From contig DATIFM010000008.1 of the NCBI GenBank assembly GCA_035455205.1, positions 110,545-174,544 on the forward strand: a stretch of DNA of 64,000 bases. Direction: 5' to 3'. This stretch comes from Candidatus Bilamarchaeum sp. (GTDB taxonomy: Archaea; Micrarchaeota; Micrarchaeia; Anstonellales; Bilamarchaeaceae). Of this stretch, positions 25,865 through 34,308 are shown in pieces. Every line of letters starts with the position of its first letter. Positions within the stretch are counted from its first letter, which is position 1. The translations under genes and the position numbers were made by a program. The notes under the pieces were generated by a model that searched no databases, had not been told where the DNA came from, and saw only the letters and a list, made by a program, of their open reading frames with translations.

Positions 25865-26941
25865 CTAAATCATTTTCATGAATTCGTCGAACAGGTATCT
25901 GGAGTCGTGCGGCCCGGGGCATGCCTCGGGGTGGTACTGGACGGAGAAAATGCCCTTGTTTTCGTTCCTCATCCCTTCCACGCTCCTGTCGTTGACGTTT
26001 ATGTGCGTCAGCTCGAAGCCCTTTGGAATCTTCCCCACGGCAAAGCCGTGGTTCTGCGTCGTTATCGCGATTTTGCTGCGCTGGAGGTCTAGCACCGCGT
26101 GGTTCGAGCCCCTGTGCCCGAACTTCAGCTTGTATGTGTCCCCGCCGAAGGCGTGCGAGAGGAGCTGGTGGCCGAGGCATACCCCGAAGATCGGCCTGTA
26201 GCCCTCCAAGGCGCGTATCACATTGTGCGCTTCCTTGAGTATTGCCGGGTCGCCGGGGCCGTTCGAGAGCATTATCCCGTCCGGCTCGAGCTCGCGGATT
26301 CTTTCGGCCGGCACAGAGAAGGGGAAGAAGTGGACTTCGCACCCCCTTGCAACGAGTTGTCTGACTATGCCCATCTTCGAGCCGTAGTCTATCATGGCGA
26401 CTTTCTTCCTGTTGCCCTTGCCGAAGACCTGCTTCTCCTTCGTTGAGACTTTCGAGACGAAATCTATCGAAGAGTAGTCGAATTCGAGCTTTTTGAGGAG
26501 TTTCTGGGAGTTGAGATCGCTATCGCGATCTGACGTTGCAAGAATGGCGGGCATGACGCCCTTGTCCCTTATGTGCCGGACGATGAAGCGCGTGTCGATG
26601 CCGTCTATGCCGGGAACGCCCTGGTCCGAGAGGAACGCGTCCAGGTTCTTTTCGGAGTCCTTGTGCTCCCCGTCCACGCTCACTTCGCGGACTGCGAACC
26701 CTTCGGGGTGGATTCTGCCGCTTTCCTGGTCGTTTTTGTTTGTTCCGTAGTTGCCCACGAGTGGGTATGTCATGAGGAGGATTTGCCCGCCATAGCTGGG
26801 GTCGGTCAGGGCTTCCTGATAGCCCATCATGGAGGTGTTGAAGACGAGTTCGCCCATGCGCTCGGCATTTGCGCCGAAGCCCCGCCCGTGGACAACAGTG
26901 CCGTCTTTCAACACTAACACTGCACGTTTACCGCCGCTCAT
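25865..26941 (-). CDS. carA: Carbamoyl-phosphate synthase small subunit
   Basis: ELVFNTSMMGYQEALTDPSY, SNGPGDP, FGVCLGHQLL, KFGHRGSNH, TQNHGF, QYHPEACPGPHD. Confidence 0.96.
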   Translation of the reverse strand: MSGGKRAVLVLKDGTVVHGRGFGANAERMGELVFNTSMMGYQEALTDPSYGGQILLMTYPLVGNYGTNKNDQESGRIHPEGFAVREVSVDGEHKDSEKNLDAFLSDQGVPGIDGIDTRFIVRHIRDKGVMPAILATSDRDSDLNSQKLLKKLEFDYSSIDFVSKVSTKEKQVFGKGNRKKVAMIDYGSKMGIVRQLVARGCEVHFFPFSVPAERIRELEPDGIMLSNGPGDPAILKEAHNVIRALEGYRPIFGVCLGHQLLSHAFGGDTYKLKFGHRGSNHAVLDLQRSKIAITTQNHGFAVGKIPKGFELTHINVNDRSVEGMRNENKGIFSVQYHPEACPGPHDSRYLFDEFMKMI

Positions 26942-26993
26942 GAAGAATCAGAAACGTATAAGGCACGGGGGACTTTATAATGGTTAGCGCTTG

Positions 26994-27341
26994 TCAGTAG
27001 CATGACAGTACGGCATCGAAGTCCGTTCCGCTCCAATCGAAGTACTCGCACGTTACATAAAGAGCTTGACGGTTTGTGCATTCGAACCTGAAAAAATAAA
27101 GATCGCGATACTCTGTCGCTAACTGGTGGCCCACGACTTTTCCGCCGACCTCTACGAACGATTTTGGCATTATCAAATAACAGTCTGAGCCGGTCCGGTT
27201 ATCTGCCGCTTCTTTTGCAGCCGCGGTGAGGTTCGGATTAGCCAAATCGACTTTTTTCGTGTGCACATCAGCACAGCCGGAAAGCAACAAAAAGGCGGAA
27301 AAGAAAATTAATGCAAACCAGTTTACCAAAGCCGTCACCAC
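26994..27341 (-). CDS. Hypothetical lipoprotein-like protein
   Basis: GTG start, hydrophobic N-terminus ending LLLSGC; visibly more AT-rich than flanking genes. Confidence 0.5.
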   Translation of the reverse strand: MVTALVNWFALIFFSAFLLLSGCADVHTKKVDLANPNLTAAAKEAADNRTGSDCYLIMPKSFVEVGGKVVGHQLATEYRDLYFFRFECTNRQALYVTCEYFDWSGTDFDAVLSCY

Positions 27342-28210
27342 TTGCTCTGGAACGCTCCGGCAATCCTGAGCTTCTGGTTGCTCGCATCCACGATGAGTAT
27401 CAGCTCCCCTTTCTCGTAGGCAAGTGGCTGGCTCAGGTTTATGTCGCTCTCGTTGAGGTGGCCCTCGACATACTGCAGGTTCGAGTACGCATGAATCTTG
27501 CCCTTCAGGTCGTCCTTGAAGAACGGGCTCCGGATGAACCGGCCGTTTATGACGTTCCCGCTTTCATGGTCGTGGCGCAGCGGAACGACAAGGCCGCGCT
27601 CGAACGCCTCTCCCTTGTATGCCATGCTGAAATGCGCGCCGGCAGAGGCCTCTTCGACTTCGCTGCCGCCGAGCAGGATGTGCCGCACCTCCAAATCCTT
27701 CTTCTCGGGGAGCAAAAACAGCTTGTCGGATTTCTTCAGCTTTCCGGACTTCACGACGCCGTGGGCGACGTTTCCGAGCGATTTCACGTTCTCGGTTCGG
27801 TCGATAAGGCAGAAGAGGTTCTCGCCGGGCGCTTCGTCCTTCAAAGAGAGCACTTTCGCCTTCGCGGCCTCCATGTCGGCGGCTTTCTCGAATTTCTCGA
27901 GGCTCGTTCCGGCTAAGGGCAGCGGCGCGGCCGAAACGATGAGGCCCTTGTCCGCTTTCAGCGAGTTCAGTGCGACAATCAGTTCCCCGACTTTCGGGCT
28001 CAGGCCATCGACGATAAGTACGAAATAGTCCGCCATCGACAGCGAGTGGAGGAGCGGCTGGATTTTCTCCGGGTATGCCGAAGGGTCCATGAGAGTCAGG
28101 CCGGCTTCGGCAGAATAGAAGGACAGCTCGCCTTTGGAGGATTCCTTCCCGACCATCGAGCAGAATTTTTCGCGCAGTTCAGGCTTATCAGACAAAACAG
28201 CTACTATCAT
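27335..28210 (-). CDS. Archaeal SelB/EF-Tu-like protein lacking G1/G3/G4 GTPase motifs
   Basis: GKESSKGELSFY, DPSAYPEKIQPLLHSLSMAD, beta-barrel LIDRTENVKSLGNVAHGVVKSG; no GxxxxGKT or NKxD. Confidence 0.6.
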   Translation of the reverse strand: MIVAVLSDKPELREKFCSMVGKESSKGELSFYSAEAGLTLMDPSAYPEKIQPLLHSLSMADYFVLIVDGLSPKVGELIVALNSLKADKGLIVSAAPLPLAGTSLEKFEKAADMEAAKAKVLSLKDEAPGENLFCLIDRTENVKSLGNVAHGVVKSGKLKKSDKLFLLPEKKDLEVRHILLGGSEVEEASAGAHFSMAYKGEAFERGLVVPLRHDHESGNVINGRFIRSPFFKDDLKGKIHAYSNLQYVEGHLNESDINLSQPLAYEKGELILIVDASNQKLRIAGAFQSKW

Positions 28211-28260
28211 CCTACCACCCCTCCTTTGATTATCTGAAGTTAAGAATTAATACCCGCGTC

Positions 28261-29178
28261 TCATTTCCCGATGAGCCTGACGAGGAGGGCCATCTGGGCC
28301 CACATCCGGTTCTCGGCCTGGATGAAGGCGAGCGAGCGCTCCCCGCGCAGGCAGTATTCGTCAATCTCGTAGCCGATGTGCGCGGGCATGTCGTGCATCG
28401 CGAGCGCCTTGGGCCCCGCCTTTTCAAGGAGCCTCCGGTTGAGCTGGTAGGGCATGAGGAGCTTTTCCCTGCGCTTCTTTTCCCTGGCGAACTTCGGGTC
28501 GGAGAAGAACTCCATGTTCACCCACGTGTCGGTGTAAAGCACGTCGGCGCCCCGGACCGCCTTCACGATATCAGGTTCCTCTGAATAGTTGCCGGTCGCT
28601 TTTGCCTGCGCCTCCAGCTCCGGCTCGAGCGAGTCCGGGTCCTTTTCTGGCGCGCACAGCGTGAAGGAGACGCCGGTCTTCGCGCACGCGAGGGCGAGCG
28701 AGTTGCTCACGTTGTTGCCGATTCCGAGGTAAACAACCTTGACGCCATCGGTCCTGCCGAAGCGCTCCCTGATTGTCAGGACGTCAGCGAGCGCCTGGCA
28801 GGGGTGGTATTTCTCGGATAGGCCATTGATTACAGGGACACGGCTCCCCTTGGCGAACTCGAGGAGCGTCGCGTGCTTCAGCGGGCGGACCATCATCGCA
28901 TCCACGTAGCGCGAGACCGCGCCCGCCTCGTCCTGAACTTCCGCCATCACGAACTGGCTCGTGCGCCAGTCCACGTAGATTGCATGGCCGCCGAGCTTCG
29001 TCATGCCGGTCTCGAACGAAATCCGTGTGCGCGTCGAGGTCTTCTGGAACACCATTGCAAGCGTCTTCTGCCTGAGCGCGGCCGAGTATTTTTCCGGCTC
29101 ATTCTTCATCGCGAGGGCGAGGTCGATGACCGAGCGTATCCACGGCCCGTCGAAGTCCTTCAGCGTCAGGAAATGCAT
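28261..29178 (-). CDS. argF: Ornithine carbamoyltransferase-family transcarbamylase
   Basis: FQKTSTRTRISFE, INGLSEKYHPCQALAD, GNNVSNSL, DVLYTDTW, QAENRMWAQ; near carAB. Confidence 0.82.
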   Translation of the reverse strand: MHFLTLKDFDGPWIRSVIDLALAMKNEPEKYSAALRQKTLAMVFQKTSTRTRISFETGMTKLGGHAIYVDWRTSQFVMAEVQDEAGAVSRYVDAMMVRPLKHATLLEFAKGSRVPVINGLSEKYHPCQALADVLTIRERFGRTDGVKVVYLGIGNNVSNSLALACAKTGVSFTLCAPEKDPDSLEPELEAQAKATGNYSEEPDIVKAVRGADVLYTDTWVNMEFFSDPKFAREKKRREKLLMPYQLNRRLLEKAGPKALAMHDMPAHIGYEIDEYCLRGERSLAFIQAENRMWAQMALLVRLIGK

Positions 29179-29270
29179 AGGGCAGAACTTTTTCGTCAAA
29201 TTTAAATATCTATGGCATTACTATTACTCTCGCAAATTTTAGTCTAATCAGACTATTCCGAGGTATATTT

Positions 29271-29576
29271 ATGACAAAAGTCAGGATCAAGCTCAGCGGA
29301 GAGGACCCAGAGGCCCTCGACAACGTAGTGGACCAGATAAAGAACCTGTCGGTCTCTCTCAGCATGAGGTTCATCGGCCCGGTCAGGCTTCCCCGCAGGA
29401 AGCTCGAGATTTCCTGCAGGAGGACCCCCTGCGGCGACGGAACAGACACCTACGAGCACTGGGAGAAGAGGGTGCACAAGAGGCTTGTGGACGTCGAGGG
29501 CGAGGAGAAGATGATAAAGCAGATCCTCAGGATAAAGGTCCCGACGAACGTTTTCGTCAAAATCAGCCTTTCGTAA
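29271..29576 (+). CDS. rpsJ: 30S ribosomal protein uS10
   Basis: KVRIKLSG, GPVRLPRRKL, RRTPCGDGTDTYEHWEKRVHKRLVD. Confidence 0.94.
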   Translation: MTKVRIKLSGEDPEALDNVVDQIKNLSVSLSMRFIGPVRLPRRKLEISCRRTPCGDGTDTYEHWEKRVHKRLVDVEGEEKMIKQILRIKVPTNVFVKISLS

Positions 29577-29702
29577 TTTTTTCCGGCAATCTTCTTTTTG
29601 AGATTTTTGTTCCCACTTCGCGTGCTAGTGGCGGGAGGATAAAACGGAACAACCGGTTCCTTTTAGTCCACGAATATATAGTTTGCCGGAGAGGAGCGGC
29701 TT

Positions 29703-30233
29703 ATGGAAGGCGATGCGGAAAACGTCAGAATACTATTCGACGAGATGCTCAAGAACCTCGCGCACTGGTGCAGGATTCTTGGGATAGACAGCGAGTTCAT
29801 GACCGGAAAGAGCGACAGCCAGCTCCTCGACTATGCCGGGAAGAAGGGCCTCATCTTCGTCACGCGCGACCGCCCGCTTTTCGACAGGTGCCGCAAGCGC
29901 GGCGTGAAGTGCATATTCGTCAAGGACGAGGACCTCGAGGACCAGATAGCGCAGGTCGTGGGCGAGACCGGCGCGAAAGTGACGTTCCCGGAAAAAACAC
30001 GGTGCGCTTCCTGCAACGGCGAGCTTGAAGTGGTGCCCAAGGAAGGCCTGAAGGGGCAGGTCCCTGAAAAGACCTTCGAGAACCAGGAGAAGTTCTGGAA
30101 GTGCGCAAAATGCGGGAAGGTGTTCTGGGAGGGCAGCCACTGGAAGAACATCAACAGGATTTGGGAGGATGTTCAAATGAGGCTGTCGATGAGCCCGGAT
30201 CCGGCCAAAGGCCGCCCAGGCGAGAAGCAGTAG
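29703..30233 (+). CDS. Mut7-C RNase (PIN-like) domain protein with Zn ribbon
   Basis: FDEMLKNLAHWCRILGID, FVTRDRPL, RCASCNGEL, FWKCAKCGKVFWEGSHW. Confidence 0.85.
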   Translation: MEGDAENVRILFDEMLKNLAHWCRILGIDSEFMTGKSDSQLLDYAGKKGLIFVTRDRPLFDRCRKRGVKCIFVKDEDLEDQIAQVVGETGAKVTFPEKTRCASCNGELEVVPKEGLKGQVPEKTFENQEKFWKCAKCGKVFWEGSHWKNINRIWEDVQMRLSMSPDPAKGRPGEKQ

Positions 30234-30347
30234 ACCGGGCCGGCAAGCGGCATAAGGAAGGCATCAGTCCGCGCGAAAGATATTTAAGCCGAACTATAAA
30301 TAAGGAAATCACGAATTGTCAATCGATTCATTCTTTCAGGTGGATTA

Positions 30348-30461
30348 ATGGGTGCTAAACCAAGAAAATGGAAAAAGAAGAACCGAATGCGCTGGAAATG
30401 GGTAAAGAAGAAGCGCAAGAGGCTCAAGAGGAAAATCAAGAGAAGGGTCGGTGAATTATGA
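30348..30461 (+). CDS. rpl41e: Ribosomal protein eL41 (eS32), archaeal long form, 37 aa; below the ORF-track cutoff
   Basis: Manual translation MGAKPRKWKKKNRMRWKWVKKKRKRLKRKIKRRVGEL; PRKWKKK.RMRWKW.KK pattern as recalled for Thermococcales eL41; SD-like AGGTGG upstream; located among ribosomal protein genes. Confidence 0.85.
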   Translation: MGAKPRKWKKKNRMRWKWVKKKRKRLKRKIKRRVGEL

Positions 30462-30619
30462 GCAAGCCGGGATTGAAAACCGAAGCCCCGAAGGGGCCGA
30501 AGCAGCCTCTCCCCGAGGCGTTTGTGAAAGCCCAGCGCCCCGAGCGTGCCTGCGGCGAGATAACCCTCCCGGTATTCGACCTTTACGGCGGGCCGGTTTC
30601 CGAGCCGCCGAAGAAGTAG
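30458..30619 (+). CDS. 53-aa Pro/Lys-rich small ORF coupled to rpl41e
   Basis: ATGA overlap with the rpl41e stop; MSKPGLKTEAPKGPKQPLPEAFVKAQRPERACGEITLPVFDLYGGPVSEPPKK; T-tract directly after the stop. Confidence 0.5.
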   Translation: MSKPGLKTEAPKGPKQPLPEAFVKAQRPERACGEITLPVFDLYGGPVSEPPKK

Positions 30620-30690
30620 TTTTTTAATGTTATTTATATAATAGTCAAAGATACCCGTCAGAACTACTCAGGGTAGTAGGAGGGCTGTTT

Positions 30691-31323
30691 ATGGACAGGA
30701 AAAAACTAGTTGACGCCTTAAGCAAGGCCATGGAAGAGAAAGGGAAGAAGAAATTCAAGCAGTCGGTAGAGATAATAATCAACATGCGGGGCATAGACTT
30801 CGCAAAATCCGAGAACAGGCTGAACCTCGACATCGTCCTCCCGAAGGGCAAGGGCGGGAAGGAGCTCAAGTCTGCCGTCTTCGCGGAAGGGAACATGGCC
30901 GACGACGCCAAGAGGGCGGGCGCGGACCTGATAATAACCCCGGACGCCATCCCGGCATACGCCGAGCCGGCGAAGCTGAGGGACCTCTCGGACAACTATT
31001 TCCTGCTTGCGCAGCCGAACCTGATGGGACAGGTCGCAAAATCCCTTGGCCAGGCCCTGGGCAAGAAGGGCAAGCTGCCCAAGCCGATAGTCGGCAACAT
31101 AAAGGAGCTCATAGACCGCTCGAAAAAGTCGGTCAGGATAGTCTCCAAGGGAAAGTACATGCCCGTCGCGCAGGCGCTCATAGGCACAGAGGCCATGAGT
31201 CCGGACGACCTCGTGGAGAACGCGGAAACCGTGTACGACGCGGTCAAGAACAAGGTGAACGAGGGGAACATCCGGTCGGTCTATGTGAAGCTGACGATGG
31301 GAAAGCCCTCCAAGGTTGCATAA
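30691..31323 (+). CDS. rpl1: 50S ribosomal protein uL1
   Basis: KKKFKQSVEIIINMRGIDF, LGQALGKKGKLPKP, SVYVKLTMGKP. Confidence 0.92.
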   Translation: MDRKKLVDALSKAMEEKGKKKFKQSVEIIINMRGIDFAKSENRLNLDIVLPKGKGGKELKSAVFAEGNMADDAKRAGADLIITPDAIPAYAEPAKLRDLSDNYFLLAQPNLMGQVAKSLGQALGKKGKLPKPIVGNIKELIDRSKKSVRIVSKGKYMPVAQALIGTEAMSPDDLVENAETVYDAVKNKVNEGNIRSVYVKLTMGKPSKVA

Positions 31324-31333
31324 GGTGATGCTG

Positions 31334-32191
31334 ATGGCTTACAAGACTGACGTTAACAGGAAAGAAGTGAAGAAGAAGGTCCAGGCAGTGGACAGTGCGG
31401 TCGCGGAGATGAAGAAATACAAGACCGTCGCGCTCCTCGACCTCCGGAAGCTGCCGGACGCGCTCTTCCAGTCCCTGAGGAAAAGGATACGGGAGGAAGG
31501 GGGCCGCGTGCTGGTCCTGAAGAAGCCGGTGATAAGCAGGGTGCTCGCGAGCAACCCGATACTCGCAAAGAGGGTCGAGGCCTGCAACAACCCGGTCGCG
31601 CTCATACTCACGAACATGTCCTCGTTCGAGGTCAACTCGTTCTTCAAGCAGAACAGGAAGAAGAGGGCCGCGAAGGTCGGCGACATCGCGCTCGCGGACA
31701 TAGTCGTGCCAGAGGGGGAGACAGACCTCCCGCCCGGGCCCGCGCTCTCCGAGCTCAAGGCCGGCGGCCTGAACGTCCAGATAAAGGCCGGCAAGATTGC
31801 CGTCGTCAAGGACAGCACGGTCGCGAAGAAGGGCGAGAAGCTCACCGAGCCGAAGGTCAAGGCGCTCCAGACGCTGAACGTCATGCCATTCGAGATAATG
31901 GCGAACCTGCTTTTCGGGTTCGACGGGCAGTACATCTACTCGAAGGAGCTCCTCGACAGCGGCGAAACGGTGAGGGAAGACCTCGCCCATGCGATGTCGC
32001 AGGCGATGAACGTGTCGCTCAACGCATCGTACCCGACGGAGCAGAACATAAGCCTGCTCCTCTCGCAGGCCGTGAGGGAGGCGGTCAACGTGTCCCTCAA
32101 CGGGTCGATATACTCATCAAGCTCGATAGGGCAGCTTCTCGGCTCTGCCTACAGGCAGGCGTCGGCTCTTGAGAGCATGAGCAAGAAATAA
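31334..32191 (+). CDS. rpl10: 50S ribosomal protein uL10 (P0)
   Basis: RAAKVGDIALADIVVPEGETDLPPGPALSEL, IKAGKIAVVKD, KALQTLNVMP; follows uL1. Confidence 0.92.
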   Translation: MAYKTDVNRKEVKKKVQAVDSAVAEMKKYKTVALLDLRKLPDALFQSLRKRIREEGGRVLVLKKPVISRVLASNPILAKRVEACNNPVALILTNMSSFEVNSFFKQNRKKRAAKVGDIALADIVVPEGETDLPPGPALSELKAGGLNVQIKAGKIAVVKDSTVAKKGEKLTEPKVKALQTLNVMPFEIMANLLFGFDGQYIYSKELLDSGETVREDLAHAMSQAMNVSLNASYPTEQNISLLLSQAVREAVNVSLNGSIYSSSSIGQLLGSAYRQASALESMSKK

Positions 32192-32216
32192 AGGAGAATA
32201 AAAAGGAACCTTAGAG

Positions 32217-32540
32217 GTGTGTATGATGAAGGTAGATCCATATTTGCATGCCGTGCTCGTCTTGCACGGAGCAGGAAAGGAAGTGACGAAGGAACACATA
32301 GTAGCCGTAATAAAGGCGAGCGGCGCGGCAGTCGACGAGGCGCGCGCTCAGGTGCTTGCCGATGCGGTGAAGGGAGTCAACTTCGAGGACCTCCTCAAGC
32401 AGTCCATGATGGTTGCGGCGGCACCCGCTGCGGCGGCCCCGGCAGCATCTGGCGGCGAAGCGAAGAAGGAGGAGAAGAAAGAGGACGAAGGCAAGAAGGA
32501 AGAGCAGGCCGCTGAAGGTCTCGCTTCACTGTTCGGCTAA
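32217..32540 (+). CDS. rpl12: 50S ribosomal stalk protein P1/L12 (archaeal)
   Basis: YLHAVLVLHGAGKEVT, Ala-rich hinge, acidic tail ending AAEGLASLFG. Confidence 0.92.
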   Translation: MCMMKVDPYLHAVLVLHGAGKEVTKEHIVAVIKASGAAVDEARAQVLADAVKGVNFEDLLKQSMMVAAAPAAAAPAASGGEAKKEEKKEDEGKKEEQAAEGLASLFG

Positions 32541-32642
32541 AGTCTTCAATTTTTTTTTATATTTTCTTCATTTTCCGGCATACAAACCACAGACTTACAA
32601 AATATACGACTAATTTTAAACATTTGCGCGAAAAATCAGGTC

Positions 32643-33332
32643 ATGAGGGAATTCAGGCTGGGCCCGGTCCGCATCGAGGAAAAGCGAGACGTGTGGAAGG
32701 GCAAGAAGCTGTTCATAGACCTCGACGGCACTCTGGTTGAGGCAAAAGAGAGGGAGAAGGGCTCTGCCATCGTGCCGGGAGCGCCATCGGTCACGCTCCG
32801 CGAATTCGGGGAGCTCATAACCTACGACATCCACGAGGTTAGCCGGGATGCCGGAGAGGTAGTCCGGTTCCTGCGCAGCCGCTTCGCGATGCCGTTCATA
32901 ACGAGCATAGCGGAGAGGGATTACGCCGAGAGCGTGCTGAAGGCTGCCAGGCTCGCCGACGACTTCGACGGCATCTACTCTTTCGAGGATTTCGCAGGCG
33001 GGAGTATGTCCGTCGCCAGGAAGGACTACAGGATTCCCCTCGCGGACATCGGCGAGCGCGAGCCCCTCGCAAACTGCGTCGCCATCGGGAACGAGCCGTC
33101 CAAGGACGTGTCCCTGGAGCCGGCGGGAATGGTCACGGCCATCGTGAAGGTTGGCACATCGTTCAGGGAGGTCGCGGCCGTCCTCGAGATTCTCCTTGAG
33201 ATAGGGGACTCGAACTTCGCGGCGGGCTTCGACAAGGCCGTCTCGGAGGGCTACCTGGCCTGCGGGGCCGTCCTCTCAAGGGAATACGGAGGAGAGGCCG
33301 CCCGCGTCATCTACTTCGACAGAACCGCATGA
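32643..33332 (+). CDS. HAD-superfamily hydrolase-like protein
   Basis: Motif I FIDLDGTL; motif IV-like VAIGNEPSKD. Confidence 0.6.
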   Translation: MREFRLGPVRIEEKRDVWKGKKLFIDLDGTLVEAKEREKGSAIVPGAPSVTLREFGELITYDIHEVSRDAGEVVRFLRSRFAMPFITSIAERDYAESVLKAARLADDFDGIYSFEDFAGGSMSVARKDYRIPLADIGEREPLANCVAIGNEPSKDVSLEPAGMVTAIVKVGTSFREVAAVLEILLEIGDSNFAAGFDKAVSEGYLACGAVLSREYGGEAARVIYFDRTA

Positions 33333-33363
33333 TATTTATTACTCGCGCCAGTTACTACGGCAT

Positions 33364-34293
33364 ATGCACAAGGACCTGAAAAGGACCATCCGCGACATCA
33401 AGTCCCTCAAGATACAGGGGGCAAGGAACGTCGCGAAGGAAGCCCTGAAGGCGCTAGTCGCGTCAGGAAAAAGCTCGAAAGCCGCCAGTTCCGCCGCATT
33501 CCTGAAGGAGGTTTCCAACACTGCCGAGATGCTCTCCGCGAGCAGGCCCACAGAGCCGATGATGCGCAACATCCTCGACGAGGCGGTGCTTTACCTGAGG
33601 GGAAAGGCGGACACTGCAGGGGGAGCGGCGGGGCTAAAGAGGATACTCGGCGCCCACGGGAAGGAGACGCTCGCCGGGATAGACGAGGGGGCAAAGAGGC
33701 TCGCAGAATACGGGGCCAGGCTCATCCCCGACGGCGCGCTCGTCCTCACTCACTGCCATTCCTCGACCTCGACAAAGGTCATGATAGAGGCAAAGAGGAT
33801 GAGGAAGAAATTCTCGGTGATATGCTTCGAGACGAGGCCGAGGTACCAGGGGCGGACGACTGCGGCCGAGCTTGCCGCGGCAGGGATAGACGTGACGCTC
33901 TCGGTGGACGGGGGCATGAACAGCGCCATGAAGAAGGCGGACATAGTGATAGTCGGCGCGGACTCGGTGACTTCGCGCGGCGACCTCATCAACAAGATTG
34001 GCACGTCCACTCTCGCGCACATCGCGAGGATGAACGACGTGTCGTTCTACAGCGCGGCCGAGCTCTACAAGTACAGCCCGATGACGATTTTCGGCACGCG
34101 CGAAAAGATAGAGGAGCGCGACCACCGCGAGGTCTGGGACAGGCCCGCGAGGGGGGTGAAGATAACGAACCCGGCCTTCGAGGCAACGGCCGCCAAATAC
34201 ATAAACGGGTACATAACCGAGCTCGGCGTGATACCGCCCCAGTCGTTTTTCACGATGGCGAGCCAGAAGCTGGGAATCAAGCTTTACGAATGA
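33364..34293 (+). CDS. e2b2: Ribose-1,5-bisphosphate isomerase (eIF-2B-like family)
   Basis: IKSLKIQGARNVA, SRPTEPMMRN, LTHCHSST, ETRPRYQG, VGADSV...NKIGT, FEAT; directly upstream of AMP phosphorylase. Confidence 0.88.
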   Translation: MHKDLKRTIRDIKSLKIQGARNVAKEALKALVASGKSSKAASSAAFLKEVSNTAEMLSASRPTEPMMRNILDEAVLYLRGKADTAGGAAGLKRILGAHGKETLAGIDEGAKRLAEYGARLIPDGALVLTHCHSSTSTKVMIEAKRMRKKFSVICFETRPRYQGRTTAAELAAAGIDVTLSVDGGMNSAMKKADIVIVGADSVTSRGDLINKIGTSTLAHIARMNDVSFYSAAELYKYSPMTIFGTREKIEERDHREVWDRPARGVKITNPAFEATAAKYINGYITELGVIPPQSFFTMASQKLGIKLYE

Positions 34294-34308
34294 TAACGAG
34301 GCGATCTG

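Noticed and set aside
26994-27341. AT-richer gene as a horizontally acquired island
   Set aside because: It is a single short gene without mobility signals; the compositional shift was judged by eye only.
27335-28210. Selenocysteine system suggested by the SelB-like protein
   Set aside because: The GTPase motifs are missing, and no tRNA-Sec, selD or in-frame UGA gene was seen in the window.
21037-30262. Similar short strings GCCCGGCAAGC..ATAAG at about 21037 and 30238
   Set aside because: Only about 11-13 matching bases with gaps and two copies; compatible with chance in GC-rich DNA.
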